From: Paraspadella gotoi
Taxonomy: Eukaryota > Animalia > Chaetognatha
NCBI GenBank assembly: GCA_051294375.1
Contig: CM119263.1
Span: forward strand, 6,425,645-6,489,644
Direction of reading: 5' to 3'
DNA length: 64,000 bases
Both the position numbers and the translations under genes were made by a program. The notes under the pieces are model-generated. The model did not search any database, was not told where the DNA came from, and worked only from the letters and a program-made list of their open reading frames with translations. Shown here in pieces: positions 12,828-24,800 of the stretch. Each line of letters starts with the position of its first letter. Within the stretch, counting starts at the first letter, position 1.

Positions 12828-15800
12828 GCGAAAGGGGAAATCGAAGGGGGGAAAGAAAAAAAAACAAAAAAAAACAATTTCTCCATAATTGATTCAGCGT
12901 TGCCGGCTTCTACGTGATTTCCGTGCACGCTCACAATCACGTTTCTTGGAAGGCGGATTCTGTTGGGGTGACGGTGGAGAGGGCCGTGCCCGAGGTGTCC
13001 CTCTCCGCGCTCGGCGGACAGTGCCTGCCGAAGGAGCCTTGCCTCTTCGCCGCCAAACTCGCCAACGGCAGTATCAGCCCTCAGAGCACTTTCGTCTATG
13101 AGTGGGATAATCAGGTGTGACAGGGAAAGAAAATGGTTGGAAGGGGAGGTGATGCTGAGTTTTCCGTTTAAATTCTTCTTCTAATTGTACTAGCAGAACC
13201 TGACCACTATCTCTTTTCCATATCTACCACCCCATTGGTAGTGGTCACCACCGATGTTGGACTCTTCCCCCGTTCACTCCATCGTCTTTCCCACTCCCGG
13301 CAATCACCGCCTCTCCCTGCGGGCGTTCAATGGCGCCTCAAACGTCACGGCTTCCCTCGTCGCTCACGTTGCCTCCGCCCCCGACCCTGCTCCCCGCCTT
13401 CAGCATCCCGCCCACACCCCCACCGATCAAACCGTCAACTTCACCCTGAAAAACCTTCCCGCGAACGCCAAGAGAATTCTTTTCGTCACCACGAGGTTGT
13501 TAAGTCACGCCCCGTTTTTCACGCTTTGTCGCTATTTTTCGGGGGGGGGTCCCTAAAAATTCTCTTTCTCGACGTGTAAATGTTAAATAGTAAAACCTAT
13601 TGTTAATATAAGAGATACCCCAAAAAATATGAAAGTTGCCAAATTACTTGTTACTTTTTTTTTTAAATCGTTTTATCTTTTTATATCACAAAGAAAGTTT
13701 CTTTCGGTTCAAGAACGACGGATTCGGCGACTCGACTTTCCACTCATCGCGGTCCCTCGATCACGTGGTCTTTCTCCTTTCCCGCGCCGACGGTGGAATC
13801 CCTCTCGGTGGTGATCAAGGACAAGGACGACGGGGAATTGGCCAGGATTCTCTCCGCCATAACCATCGAGGATCCCATTCGGGTACGAGAGACGTCATTC
13901 CCGACCAATTTTCATCATCGACTCGTGGGGGGGGAAGGAGTCGGGGGGTTTTTCGGTAACCGTTATGTCCAATTGGCAGAGAAAGGGATCGTGCGTGGAA
14001 ATTAAGGATATTTTTTTTGGGGGGGGGTTATTTAAATTAAATATTTCGCCGCTTTTTTTTTTTTTTTTTTTTTTTTTTACGTATTATCGTAAAATGTGAT
14101 GATGAAGTGAAGTGAGCGGCTTGGTTAAAAAAAAAAAAGACACTGTCACGCTGACAAAAAGAACTTCGTGAGACCCCGAGATGAGGCGATGAAGGGCGAG
14201 TAAAGCCCATTTCTTTTAATGGCCCCTTATCGAAAGGTCGAGGGCAAAAACTAAAAGTAAAAATTGCTTCGAGGATAAATGGTCTTAAGTGGGGCTCAGT
14301 TACTTACGTTACGACCGTTTTTTGGGTTATTTCAGACCAAAACTATACTTACAATTTTAAACTTGAATTGTTTTGCTCTCATACTTTTTTTTTGTTTTTA
14401 TTACTTTTGAACGACAACCCCGTTTTACTATTAACTTCTTTACAATCAACAGTCGTTAGCCGTGGAAGGTCCGGCGGTGGTGTCGTGGGGAATCGGGCAC
14501 CGGCTTCCCATTCAGTGGACGTTGGTTCAACGAGGCGGTTCTAGCGTTTTCTACCAGGCGTCGCTTCCGGCCCCCGACGACGAGGTTGACGGCACCAACG
14601 GTGATGTCGTCACTCAGATCCACCCTACCTTTCGCTTCAAATTCCCGCGACCGGGTAAGGAAAATCGTGTTTAACGAGTTGGCGTTCTGTAGATTTTGGT
14701 CTGGCTTTTACTATTCAGACTATTTCACTTTTGGTAACATTCGTCACAAGGAATTAAGTGGTTGATTTAATTTTATCAATTTTTATATTAACTATTACTT
14801 AAAAGCCAATGTTGAAATTCGAATGAGTGACTTTTCACAATGTAAAGAGAGACGACGACTGAGGCTTCGCAGTTGTTCGATGAAAGGGAGACTGAGGTCG
14901 ATTGGAGTCGTACACTGATATATTTTATTTACATTTCACTGATATATTTCACATACCTAATTTATGTGAAACGAATTTCTTTTCCGTTTTTGTGCTATCA
15001 TAATTTTCGCAAAGAGCCTCAAAAAATCTGACCCTCTTCGCCCCCTAATCCGTTTTGCCTTTTATTTTTCGTGCTGGAAATAATTCGATTCCCGTTCGTT
15101 CCTCCTTTCCATCGCTCTCCGTATACTTCCCCCCCCCCCAGATTTTTACCGCTTTCCTACTTTGCCTTTCTCGTTTCAACCAAAAGTTGGTTAAATTTTT
15201 TTTTATCATGTAACTTACAAAATATATACCTGCTACTTTTCATTTTCGTGACCTACCCCTTAACACGGTTTCCTTCAACCATTCATCAATCGGGTTTCCC
15301 GCCTTCCCCCTCCCCATCTTTTTTCATCGCATCACGCCTCTCGTGCGAACGTGTCTTTAGCGTTTGAGCGGCGGTTAAGCGTTGGCAAATTGCGGGGCGA
15401 CAATTGCCTCTTCACGCAGCGCCCAACGAGGGTCAATCCGTCTCTTCTCACGTAGTTCATCCTCAAAATAGTTATAGTTATAGTTATAGTCCTTGGTCGT
15501 TCTCTCTCCTCGCTCCATATTTCAATTTGTCCCTTTCTTTTGCAAGTCCGCGTTTCTTTGAGTTTCTTTCCGCGGTATTCTCGTCCTATCACGTTTGATG
15601 GACACATTAAACATCAGCTAATGACTAATTCATAATATGTAGAATCAGTAGAAACGATAAGCTCAACATTAGATTTTAGGATGCGGGGTGTTAAAATGTT
15701 TTCGGCATATCCGATAAAAAATACAGTCCGAACAAAAATACAGTCCGAACAAATTTCATCTTTAAGTGGCGGAAACTAAACTCGGAAACTCCTTTAGTTA

Positions 15801-18800
15801 TTTGACACGCGGTTCCCCTGCTATGCCCCCCTTTTTTTATCTTCCTTTTTTGGACAAAAATAGGTCGTTACCAGATTCGTCTCGCCGCTTTGAATTCTGT
15901 ATCGCGCGCAGAGACACGTCACTCTGTGCGGGTGATGCACCCAGTGCGCGTGCTCGATCTCGCCGCGAGATCGCCTCTGGTCGGGGTCGACTGCGTTTTG
16001 GAGGTCATTGTTCAGGGACAGGTGGGTTCCATGTTTGGTGGTGTGTTGGTTGGCCATCGACAGTGGTGACTTTTTAAGTGCAAATTTCTAGTATTTATGC
16101 TGATATGCTTTTAATAATGAATGATAACAATTTTATTTTAAAATAGGATGAAATTACTTTTTCTACCAATTATTTAAAATAGTTAACTGCTCTAAATCCA
16201 CAGACCCCTCTGGATTTACTGGTGGACTGGGGTGACGGCGGCACTCCGTACTCTTTCCACCTGAACGCCTCGCACCCTTCCCTGCGTCGCTTCCTTCGCA
16301 ACGGCGTCAACCCGCGTCTCCACGTCGAAGCGCCGCAAATCCTCGGCTTCGAGGACGTTTTTAGGAGGGTTTATTCCAGAGGTCAGCCACCGAGGCAGGA
16401 GTTGGTTAGGGAGGTGGGGGGTTTGACTCGGGTAGGGGGATGACTTTGGTGGCTGGCAACCAAGATGTCTGTCGCGTCAGGCTTCAAAGAAGTTTAATGA
16501 AATATCTAAATATATAAACATTGTACATAAATGAGTCCTTTATATTTTCGGGATAAGTATGTATGTTAGACCTTGCCATATATGAAAAGTTTTGAAATCA
16601 AAAAACGGTATTGTGTAAAAGGTGCCCATACATCATATGAAATTTTTGAACATTTTTTTTCAAAAAAAAATTTACAGTAAATGCTGCCAACTTTGAAAAA
16701 AAAAAAAAAAATGGTAAAAAATGGACTTTTTGCTAAATATCTTTAAAAGCTTTATTGCTAGAGGAACGAAACCCAAAACTATCTTGTAGAGTGGAAAAAA
16801 TTGATATGTTACATACTCGTATTATAAATTAAGTTAGTTTTTTACTAAGGAAAATTTTTTTAAAACCTATTGTTTTTGGTCAATTTTTGATAAAATTTTT
16901 AAAAAATGATATTTTTAACAATGTTTGTGAAATATTTTGTAAAAAAAAATTATGGCGAATTGAATAAAGAAATAATTGCCTTTGTTTTGCTGAAAGAATT
17001 TTTAAAAAAGGATTATCGGTAAAAAGTTATAATTTTTTTAAATTTAAAAAAAATCACTTTTCTTAATAATTATTTTTATTTAATAGGTTTGAACTGGCTA
17101 AAGGGAAAAAGGGAATGCACTTTTTTCAGAGTAAATAAAAAAATAGTAAATTCTGATTTGACAATAGGTAACTTTAATATTTTGTCTCACCAAGGTCATT
17201 AAAGTTTTTTTTAAATTTTTATTATTTTATAATGGAATTATGACTTTAAATAAGGTGAGTTTTTTTAATTTTTTTCTATATAAAAGAAAAAGAAAAAATT
17301 GACAAAAGCGATTAAAATATTAAAAATTGATAAATGAGACAAAAAGAGTAAAATTAATGAAAGTATAAATAACTGAGAAAAGAGTTGCTTGCTGCTTGCC
17401 AGTCCGAGAAAAAAAGGTATAGTGCCAAAGAAAGAAAAACTATTATTCAATTCTCATACGGTCCGCCTCGCCACGAAATGCCCCTTTGTTCGCGCTAAGT
17501 CGATAGATGCGCGTTTATCAGAAGTAAGAAAAAACGAACAAAATAACATCGAAAGATGCAAAAAAAGAAAAACCAGGAAATGCCGTCCACGTGACGGCCC
17601 TGACCAATGGGAGCCCGGCAAATCCGCAAGCCGGCTTCTCTCCCTCCATCCGGCATACGGAAGCCTCAATTCTTTTTCGCGCTCATCTAGTTTCGGTTGG
17701 TTTCTTATGATTTCCGCGTTTTTTTTTCTTGACTTTTTTCAACAGATTTTCTCGTATATCAACGTTCGAAACCCCGCTCATTAGAAAGTCAAGTAGAGAC
17801 GAACGTTCGGACAAGAAGTCCACAGCCGAAAACGTTCGGACAATGTCCTCTAAAGTAGAGAGGGCTGGAGATCCCTCGGGCTCGAGAGGTCCAAGAGAAG
17901 ACCGAGCGGTCCTCTGCCCCCGCCGCCACATGCCCCACCGCACCCGCCTTACTCCCCCCTTTTAACCGTGGTTTTTCGGCAGCGTGCACCCGTTCCATCG
18001 GTTTTGGGACTCGGCCCGCGTACCAACCGACAATTTTCCGTTGCCGCGCCGAGCGGTGGGGCCTTTGTCCGAGGCGCCCTCTCTCGCTTGCTCTCGACCA
18101 AGTGGCGGCCGGTCTGGTCATCCCCCACTGCCGGATGACGTGAACCACAGGAATGGAGTCCTGTCCTTACGACGATGGTTTCGTCACTGAACAGCTTTAG
18201 GAAGGATTCGACGAATTTCGCCGAGTCTGCAGCGCGTTTCGACGCTTTGGGGCGGTGGTTTTTCCCGCCAAGATGGCGTAAGTGGGGGTTTTTAGTATTC
18301 GTTTTTTCAAACGCCTCGCCTCCCTCTTTTTGTTTCTCCTTTAATTTCTTTCTTTCTTTTTTCGAATTATTCATTTTTGAAATTTTTAGGAAAATTTTTA
18401 TTTCGGGTCTGATTCGATCGAAATATTTTTTGTTGAAATAACCAGCTTTCCTCGCCTCTTGGCATGGGGCATTTCGTGGCGAGGCGGACCGATATGAGAA
18501 TTTTTAATTCCTTTATGGAATATTAATTCTATATCGGTCCGCTCGCCACGACCCACCCGCGCCTCTTTTGTCTCCTAACCATGTTTTTTCGTGGCCTTTT
18601 GGCGTGGCCTTAGGGAAGGGGTTGGGGAAAGGGAGGGGGGGGGTTCGGTGAGTTTTTTTTCTGTTTAATTCTCGCGCTAATTTGGCTTACACGCTTACGT
18701 TTTTTAAGCATGTGGACGATTCAATATCGGTCCGGTTTTGCTCGTCCACTACGCTTCGCCTCGTTGAACGAGTCTCGAATGTCCTTCCATGCTGTCCGTA

Positions 18801-21800
18801 CTCCAGTAGGCCGGCCCCTCCTCAGATCGGGCGCCCGCCTCGACCGTCACAACGGTCTCCGCCTCTACCAAGCGTCATCGTCCCACACAGTGCCGGATCG
18901 CGGACGCCAAGTACTCCTCCGATTCGGCGGAGGAGGGAGAAGTTTTTCGTCTTCGGATGAGACGTCGGCGTTTTTCGACGGCTTTCCTGCCCACGAGCAG
19001 GTCAGCGCGTTCCAGTTCGTTCATTGGCGTTTTCTTCGCTGCGTTGGGGAAGGGGGTCTTCCTCACGGCCAACTGGACTCGCTGGGACGCCCAGCGATCG
19101 GCAGTATACGCCACTGGATCGACGTCGCTTACTCCTCCGGAGTTCACCGCTCCGAAGAGCCGGACACGTGCCTCTCCGGCTCAATTTCGAGTCGGCGTTT
19201 TCAAAGGGGGAATAACGCGACTACTCTCCGCTCCTTTCACGTGCGATGCAGGAGAACGGCGCTACGCGCATGCCATCGCTTACAGTTGTCGAATGACTGC
19301 GCGGAATCAAGGAGGCTTCCGTTCCGGTTCGTTCCAGAAATGAGGTCAGCGCTGGCCGTCCGACGCCCTTGCCGCCCCGATTTCGCGACGCGGCTTCTTA
19401 ATTCAAAGCGGGCGTCCCTCAAACTTTCAGTCGGCGAGTTTCCGCCGCCAAGTTCTCGCTGTGGCGCGCCCACGCATCTTCCTTTTCTTGTATTCAGGAA
19501 AGCGCCGGTGGAAAATCGGCGCTTCAATCGACGCTTTCTCGAAACGTCGCACGCGCCAAACCCGCTGCCGACAAAGCGCCTCATTTCCGCTCGAAGTCTC
19601 CTTCAAGCGCAAGTGGACCACAAAGAAGTTCCCTCGCAAGAAGTCGGGAGACGGGAAGGGCCGGATTCGCATCCGGCGAAATGACTCGAAACGCCTCCCT
19701 CGCGGTCGGCGCGCCTCGTCCGACAGCCCAGGTTTTTAGGCCTGGATCCGCCCCATAGACTCGAGTCTCGACACGGACCCTTTACCACGCGGTGGCTTCT
19801 TCCGGAAGTCCCCGTCGGAAGGGTCGGCTTTGTATCCTTCAACCCCTTTGGACGACGCTCGTTGGCGAGAACGTTCGCCCATTCTAGATAACTTCTGGGA
19901 TTTTGCTCGAGGGGCGAAGCCAGTTCCAGCACGACTTCCATCTTCCCTCGACGTGCAACCGAGACGCCTGGTCGACGCGGAGATTGCGGGCGGCTTTTGG
20001 GGGAGGACGCCATCGAGGTAGTCCCGGTTTCTCCGGGTTTCTTTTCATGCTTTTTCCTCGTTACGAAGAAAGATGGAGGCTGGCGGCCCGGATTTTGACT
20101 TAAAAGAGCCTCAACTCTCGTTACTTTCGCCGCCCTTATTTTCTGGAGGGAAGGAGCCCCGGACTTTTGAAGGATGTTTCGACGAGGCGATTGGGGTGCC
20201 TCGGTAAGAACTCCGAGATGCTTTCCTTCTCCCCGAATCCACGAGGATCATCCGAAAATTTTGCCGCCTTGGAAGGGCCGCCTCTACCAGTACAGAGTCC
20301 TTCTTTCGGCCTCTTCGACGGCCTGGCTTTTTCACAAGGACGAACGAGGCCCCTTAGTGCGTTGGCTCCGCCCACATGGGGATTCGATGCCTTTTTTTCA
20401 AGTAGACCGGCATCTTGATCCTGGTTTTCCTCGCGGGACGTTTGTCGAACGAGCCACTCCGGAAGGCTGGTGTGGCTACTCAAGAAGGCGGGGTTCGTCA
20501 TCCACCTTCAGAGGTCGAGCCTGTCTCCCTCTCAGAGCTTCGATTTTCCTCGATTTCGTTGGGACCAGCCTCTCCCACTCCATCGCGCTCCCGGAGACGA
20601 AAAATTAACGACTCCTTCGCTCTCGCGGAGAATCTTGCCAACGACCGCTCCCACGTGCTCGTCAGTGCTTCAGCTCCTAGGCCATTCGACGGCGGCGGTC
20701 CCTTGGCAGTACCGCTGCTACGGCTTGCAGGTTTTCGAGGATTCAACGAGACGTCTTTAGTGTCTACAAGTTCGAAGAAGGTTCTCGACCGCGTTGTTCC
20801 TCTCACTCGCAAGGCGATGGAGGAGCTGCGGTTGGATCGCAGCCCTCTCTCCAGACCAAGTGCTTCGCTCCGCTCGATGACCTCCTCTCTCGGAGGTTTG
20901 CAACGCGAGGTGACGACGAATGCTTTCGTCGCAGGGATGGGGGTTTTCTCCATCAGGCCACTGGTCGATGGAACCTGGTCGTCTCGGATGCCCTCTCCTT
21001 TTTCTTTGTGTGAAGGAGTTCACAGTTTTGAGATCCTCAAAACGATTTCGGAGCTTCCCTTCCACGGTCGCGTCCATCCTTGGAAGACGGACAGCTTCGT
21101 CTCTCTCTCCTTGCCTTAGTCGGGGCTGCAGCAAGAGTCCGTCCTCTTCGGAGGAGATTCTCATCAACGGCCCGCGGCGTCGAGGGCCGCAAGGTGGCGG
21201 ACTGGAAACTCCTTACGAGAGTTTTCCGCCAGACATGGTCCGACATATTCGGTTCTCCCCACATCGGTTTTTTCGGCACTCCCGGGCCTCAAAGTTCCAC
21301 GTTTTTCGCCTGGGAAGGCGACGCTGAAGGCGGAGGGGAATAGACGCTTTGGGCCGCAACGCTGGGTCTTCGAACCTGGCCTTAATCTTTCTCCCCCTCC
21401 TCTGCTGATGAATGGTGATCCGCAAGCTGGAGAGGGCGAGGGCTCCCTCCCTAATCAACCCCCGTTTTGGCCGACTCAGAAGTGGTTCCAGGCCTCCTTT
21501 TTTCCTTCGTTTCTGGACGCGAGGCGCTTCCGGCCGCCGAAAACCTCGTCGTCGACCTCGTGTCCGGACTTCCCGCCTCCGCAAGCGGATCGCTTCAGGC
21601 TCGTCGTCCTGGAGGTTTTTTAGGCGTGCCACAACCTCTTCCGACATCGACGACTCACCTTCTCCGTCATCGTCGACAGCTGGAGAAGGCCTCTACCAGA
21701 GAGTGCTACGCCAGAGCTTGGGAGCTCCTTCTGCGACCGTCCTTAGGATAGGGAGGTTCGGAACTCAAGCCTCTCTAGAGGATGTTCTACTACGATACCT

Positions 21801-24800
21801 CGGTTTTCTGTGCGAGAAGGATCTCGTACAGCACGATCACCTCAACAGGTGGCCATATCAGCTGCTCTCCCCCTGGCGGGAGCGCGGTTTGGAGAGCATC
21901 TTTTGGTTCCGGCGCCTTCTCAAGGGAAGTTTTTCGAAGAGACGCCCCCTCAAACGTCGGAATTTCCGCCACGTGGAATGGCGGTCTCGGTTTCACGCAT
22001 TCTCGACTCGGCGCACTCCCGATCGCGCGAGGGGATCTTCTTACGACGCTCGCTCTTTTCTCGTCACGCTTTTTAGCGTCAGTCGTCGCCCTTCAGAGAT
22101 CGTCTCTCTTCGTTGCGACGAGGGCTATCTTTCCTTAGCGGCAAGTTCACGTTCGTCTGTTCCAATCGACACTCTAGAGGACGGACAGGGTCCGGAACAC
22201 ATGGGTCCCGGCGTTCCGTCTCGATTCGCTGCGCCAGATCGCTGCCCGGTTCAGGCCCGCTGCGCCAATTGACTCTTTTCGTTCGGAATTAGGCGCCGCC
22301 ACGATTTTCTTTTTCTGCGCTCCCGCGCCGCCTCTCGCAACTCTCGACGCAGCGTTCGCCTCCCTTTTCAAGGACACTTTTTCTTAGGAGCGGACGTTTC
22401 CTGCGGCCCCGGGCCGACGCGCGCTAATGGCGGTCTCGGACGCCCTTGCCGCGGAATGGAATCTTGGCGTCTTCCTTCGCGCGGGAGATTGGTCATGGCG
22501 CGCCGAACCTATTCTTCCGTTTCCACTGCAGGGACGTCGCGTGAGCGCCCCTCCGGGATCTTCTAGGGACGTTTGAAGCTTCCCGATGCCGGATGAGGGA
22601 GAAGAGCCGCTTGGGGGGATTTGCCGGGCTCCCATTGGTCAGGGGCCCGGTTCACGTGACGCATTCGCTGGTTTTTTTCTTTTTTGCATCTTTCGATGTT
22701 ATTTGTTCGTTTTTTCTTAACTCTGATAAACGCGCGATCTATCGACTAGCGCGAACAAAAGGGCAATTTCGTGGCGAGGCGGACCGATATAGAATTAATA
22801 TTCCAATAAAGGAATTAAAAATTTTTTGTTAATCTATTCATGATTTATAGTTAATAATTAAGTCTATTGTAAATAGTCCGATTTAGTTTTGAAAATTTAT
22901 TTTAATCATCTTTGATTTTTATTCAATTTTCATATCTTTTATAGTTGATGAATTTATCAACAAGTTGGAATCTATTCTTAAATTTAATCAAAAGCAAGCT
23001 TAATATATTTTTTCAATCTTTTAACAACTTTTGATTAAGCAATATATTTTAACACAAATATAATTTCAACTCAATTCTTGGAGAACCACGCTCTTGGACA
23101 AAGGTAATTTTGAAAAAAAAAACGAATAACTAGTTTTCTCTTCCCTTTGCGCCACTCTACGATGATGACTTTTTTTTCCTCCGAATACGGTAAAACAGGC
23201 AAGCACACCTCCCCTTCTCCTCAGCACCCCTGCTATCTTCCTTTTGTCTCATTTTATCAATTTTTAATCATTTAATCGCATTTTTCGTTAATTTTTCTTT
23301 TCTTTTATATAGAAAAAAAATTAACAAAACTACCATTATTAAAACCCATAATTCCATATAAACAATGATAAAAAGTTCAAAAAAACTTTAATGACCGTAG
23401 TGAGGACAAAATAATTAAAGTTACCCCATTGTCAAATAAGAATTTACTATTTTATTTATTTACTCTGAAAAAAGTGCATTCCCTTTTTCCCTTTAAGCCC
23501 TAGTTTCAAACCTATTAAATAAAAATAATTTTAAGAAAATCGATTTTTTAATATTTAAAAAAAAATTAATAAACTTTTGAAACCGATAATCCTTTTTTTA
23601 ACAAATTTCTTTCAAGCAAAACCAAAGGCAATTATTTCTTTATCTTCAATCGCCATAATTTTTTTAACAAAATATCTTCACAAACAATATGTTAAAAATT
23701 ATATTTTTAAATATATTACTAATAAAAATTGCCCAACATAGGTTTTAAAAAAAATTTTCCTTAAGTAAAAAACTAACTAATCTTATAATGCGAGGTATGT
23801 AACATAGTCAATTTTTTCCACTCTACAAGATAGTTTGGGTTTCGTCCCTCTAGCAATAAAGCTTTTAAAAGTATATTTAGCGAAAAAGTCCATTTTTTAA
23901 CCATTTTTTTTCTCCATTTTTTCAAAGGTTGGCAGCCATTTACTGTAAAATTTTTTTTTGAAAAAAAAATGTTCAAAAAAATTCTATGATGTAGGGCACC
24001 TCTTTACAAATATCCTCGTTTTTTTGATTTCAAAACTTTTTCATATATGGCAAGGTCTAATGTATGTAAATTATTTTTAAAGACGAAGCATAAGTCGGCC
24101 TTTTATTTAATCCTTACCCGGCAACGGTGATCCGCCTGGGCGGTTCGCCAAGTAACTCCCGATGCCAGGGACGAGGGAGCCAAGTTTCGGTCACGCCCGA
24201 GCTCGCGCCAAATCTGGCAACAAGCGATAAATCCCCGTTTAACGTTGGCGCTGATCTTATTCCTTCATTTCCCGGGAGAACGAGTTTTCGGGAGGCGGCG
24301 TCGCGATTTTCGATTCCAAATGAGCGAAAACAGAAGCCGAATTTGTAGTGAAAATATTTCTCCGTTTTGGGTGGGGGGGTGTTGGAAATTGTTTCGGTAA
24401 TTTCTACGACATAAATTCCAAAATCTTATTACTTATTACCTTACACGATATTTTTTAATGAACGTATTTTATATCCTAATTTTCAGTCGGACACTACACC
24501 GTGACAGTCAACGCCTCAAACCCGGTTTCGAGCCACGGTCTTTCTGTCACTATCTACGTTGACGAACGCATCGACGAAATAAGGTTGACGCCCTTGTCAC
24601 CCTACGTTCTTGTCATCGGATCCGGCGTCAACGGCGCCGCGGCGCGAGTCAGGGTCGACGTCGCCTCAGGATCCAACCTTACCTTCGGGTGGGATTTTGG
24701 CGACGGCGCCGGCTATAGAACACAGCAGGAGGACGGGTGAGTTTTGCTTGGAAGTTTTGAAGGCTTTAGAGCGGATTTGCGTTAGAGGAAACAAGATGAG

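Larger units (their letters stand above)
17449..22823 (+). mobile_element. DIRS-type tyrosine-recombinase retrotransposon, full-length structure, heavily frameshifted
   Basis: ITRs 17449-~17669 and ~22573-22796 plus right extension to 22823; ICR 18466-18551; AATT shared at both junctions; coding remnants on +. Confidence 0.92.
16567..24059. mobile_element. Non-autonomous DNA transposon with ~780-bp TIRs (16567-~17347, ~23241-24059), hosting a DIRS element
   Basis: TAGACCTTGCCATATATGAAAA... / ...TTTTCATATATGGCAAGGTCTA. TSD is ATGT (4 bp) with TAG..CTA ends, or TGTATG (6 bp) if each end is 1 nt longer. No transposase ORF seen. Confidence 0.85.

Noticed and set aside
15717-15753. 17-bp tandem duplicate (also an 11-bp one near 34549) as an array
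   Set aside because: Two units without spacers; simple slippage, not CRISPR-like.
16567-24059. Polinton/Maverick
   Set aside because: No AG..CT ends with a matching TSD and no pPolB, integrase or capsid; the internal coding sequence is DIRS.
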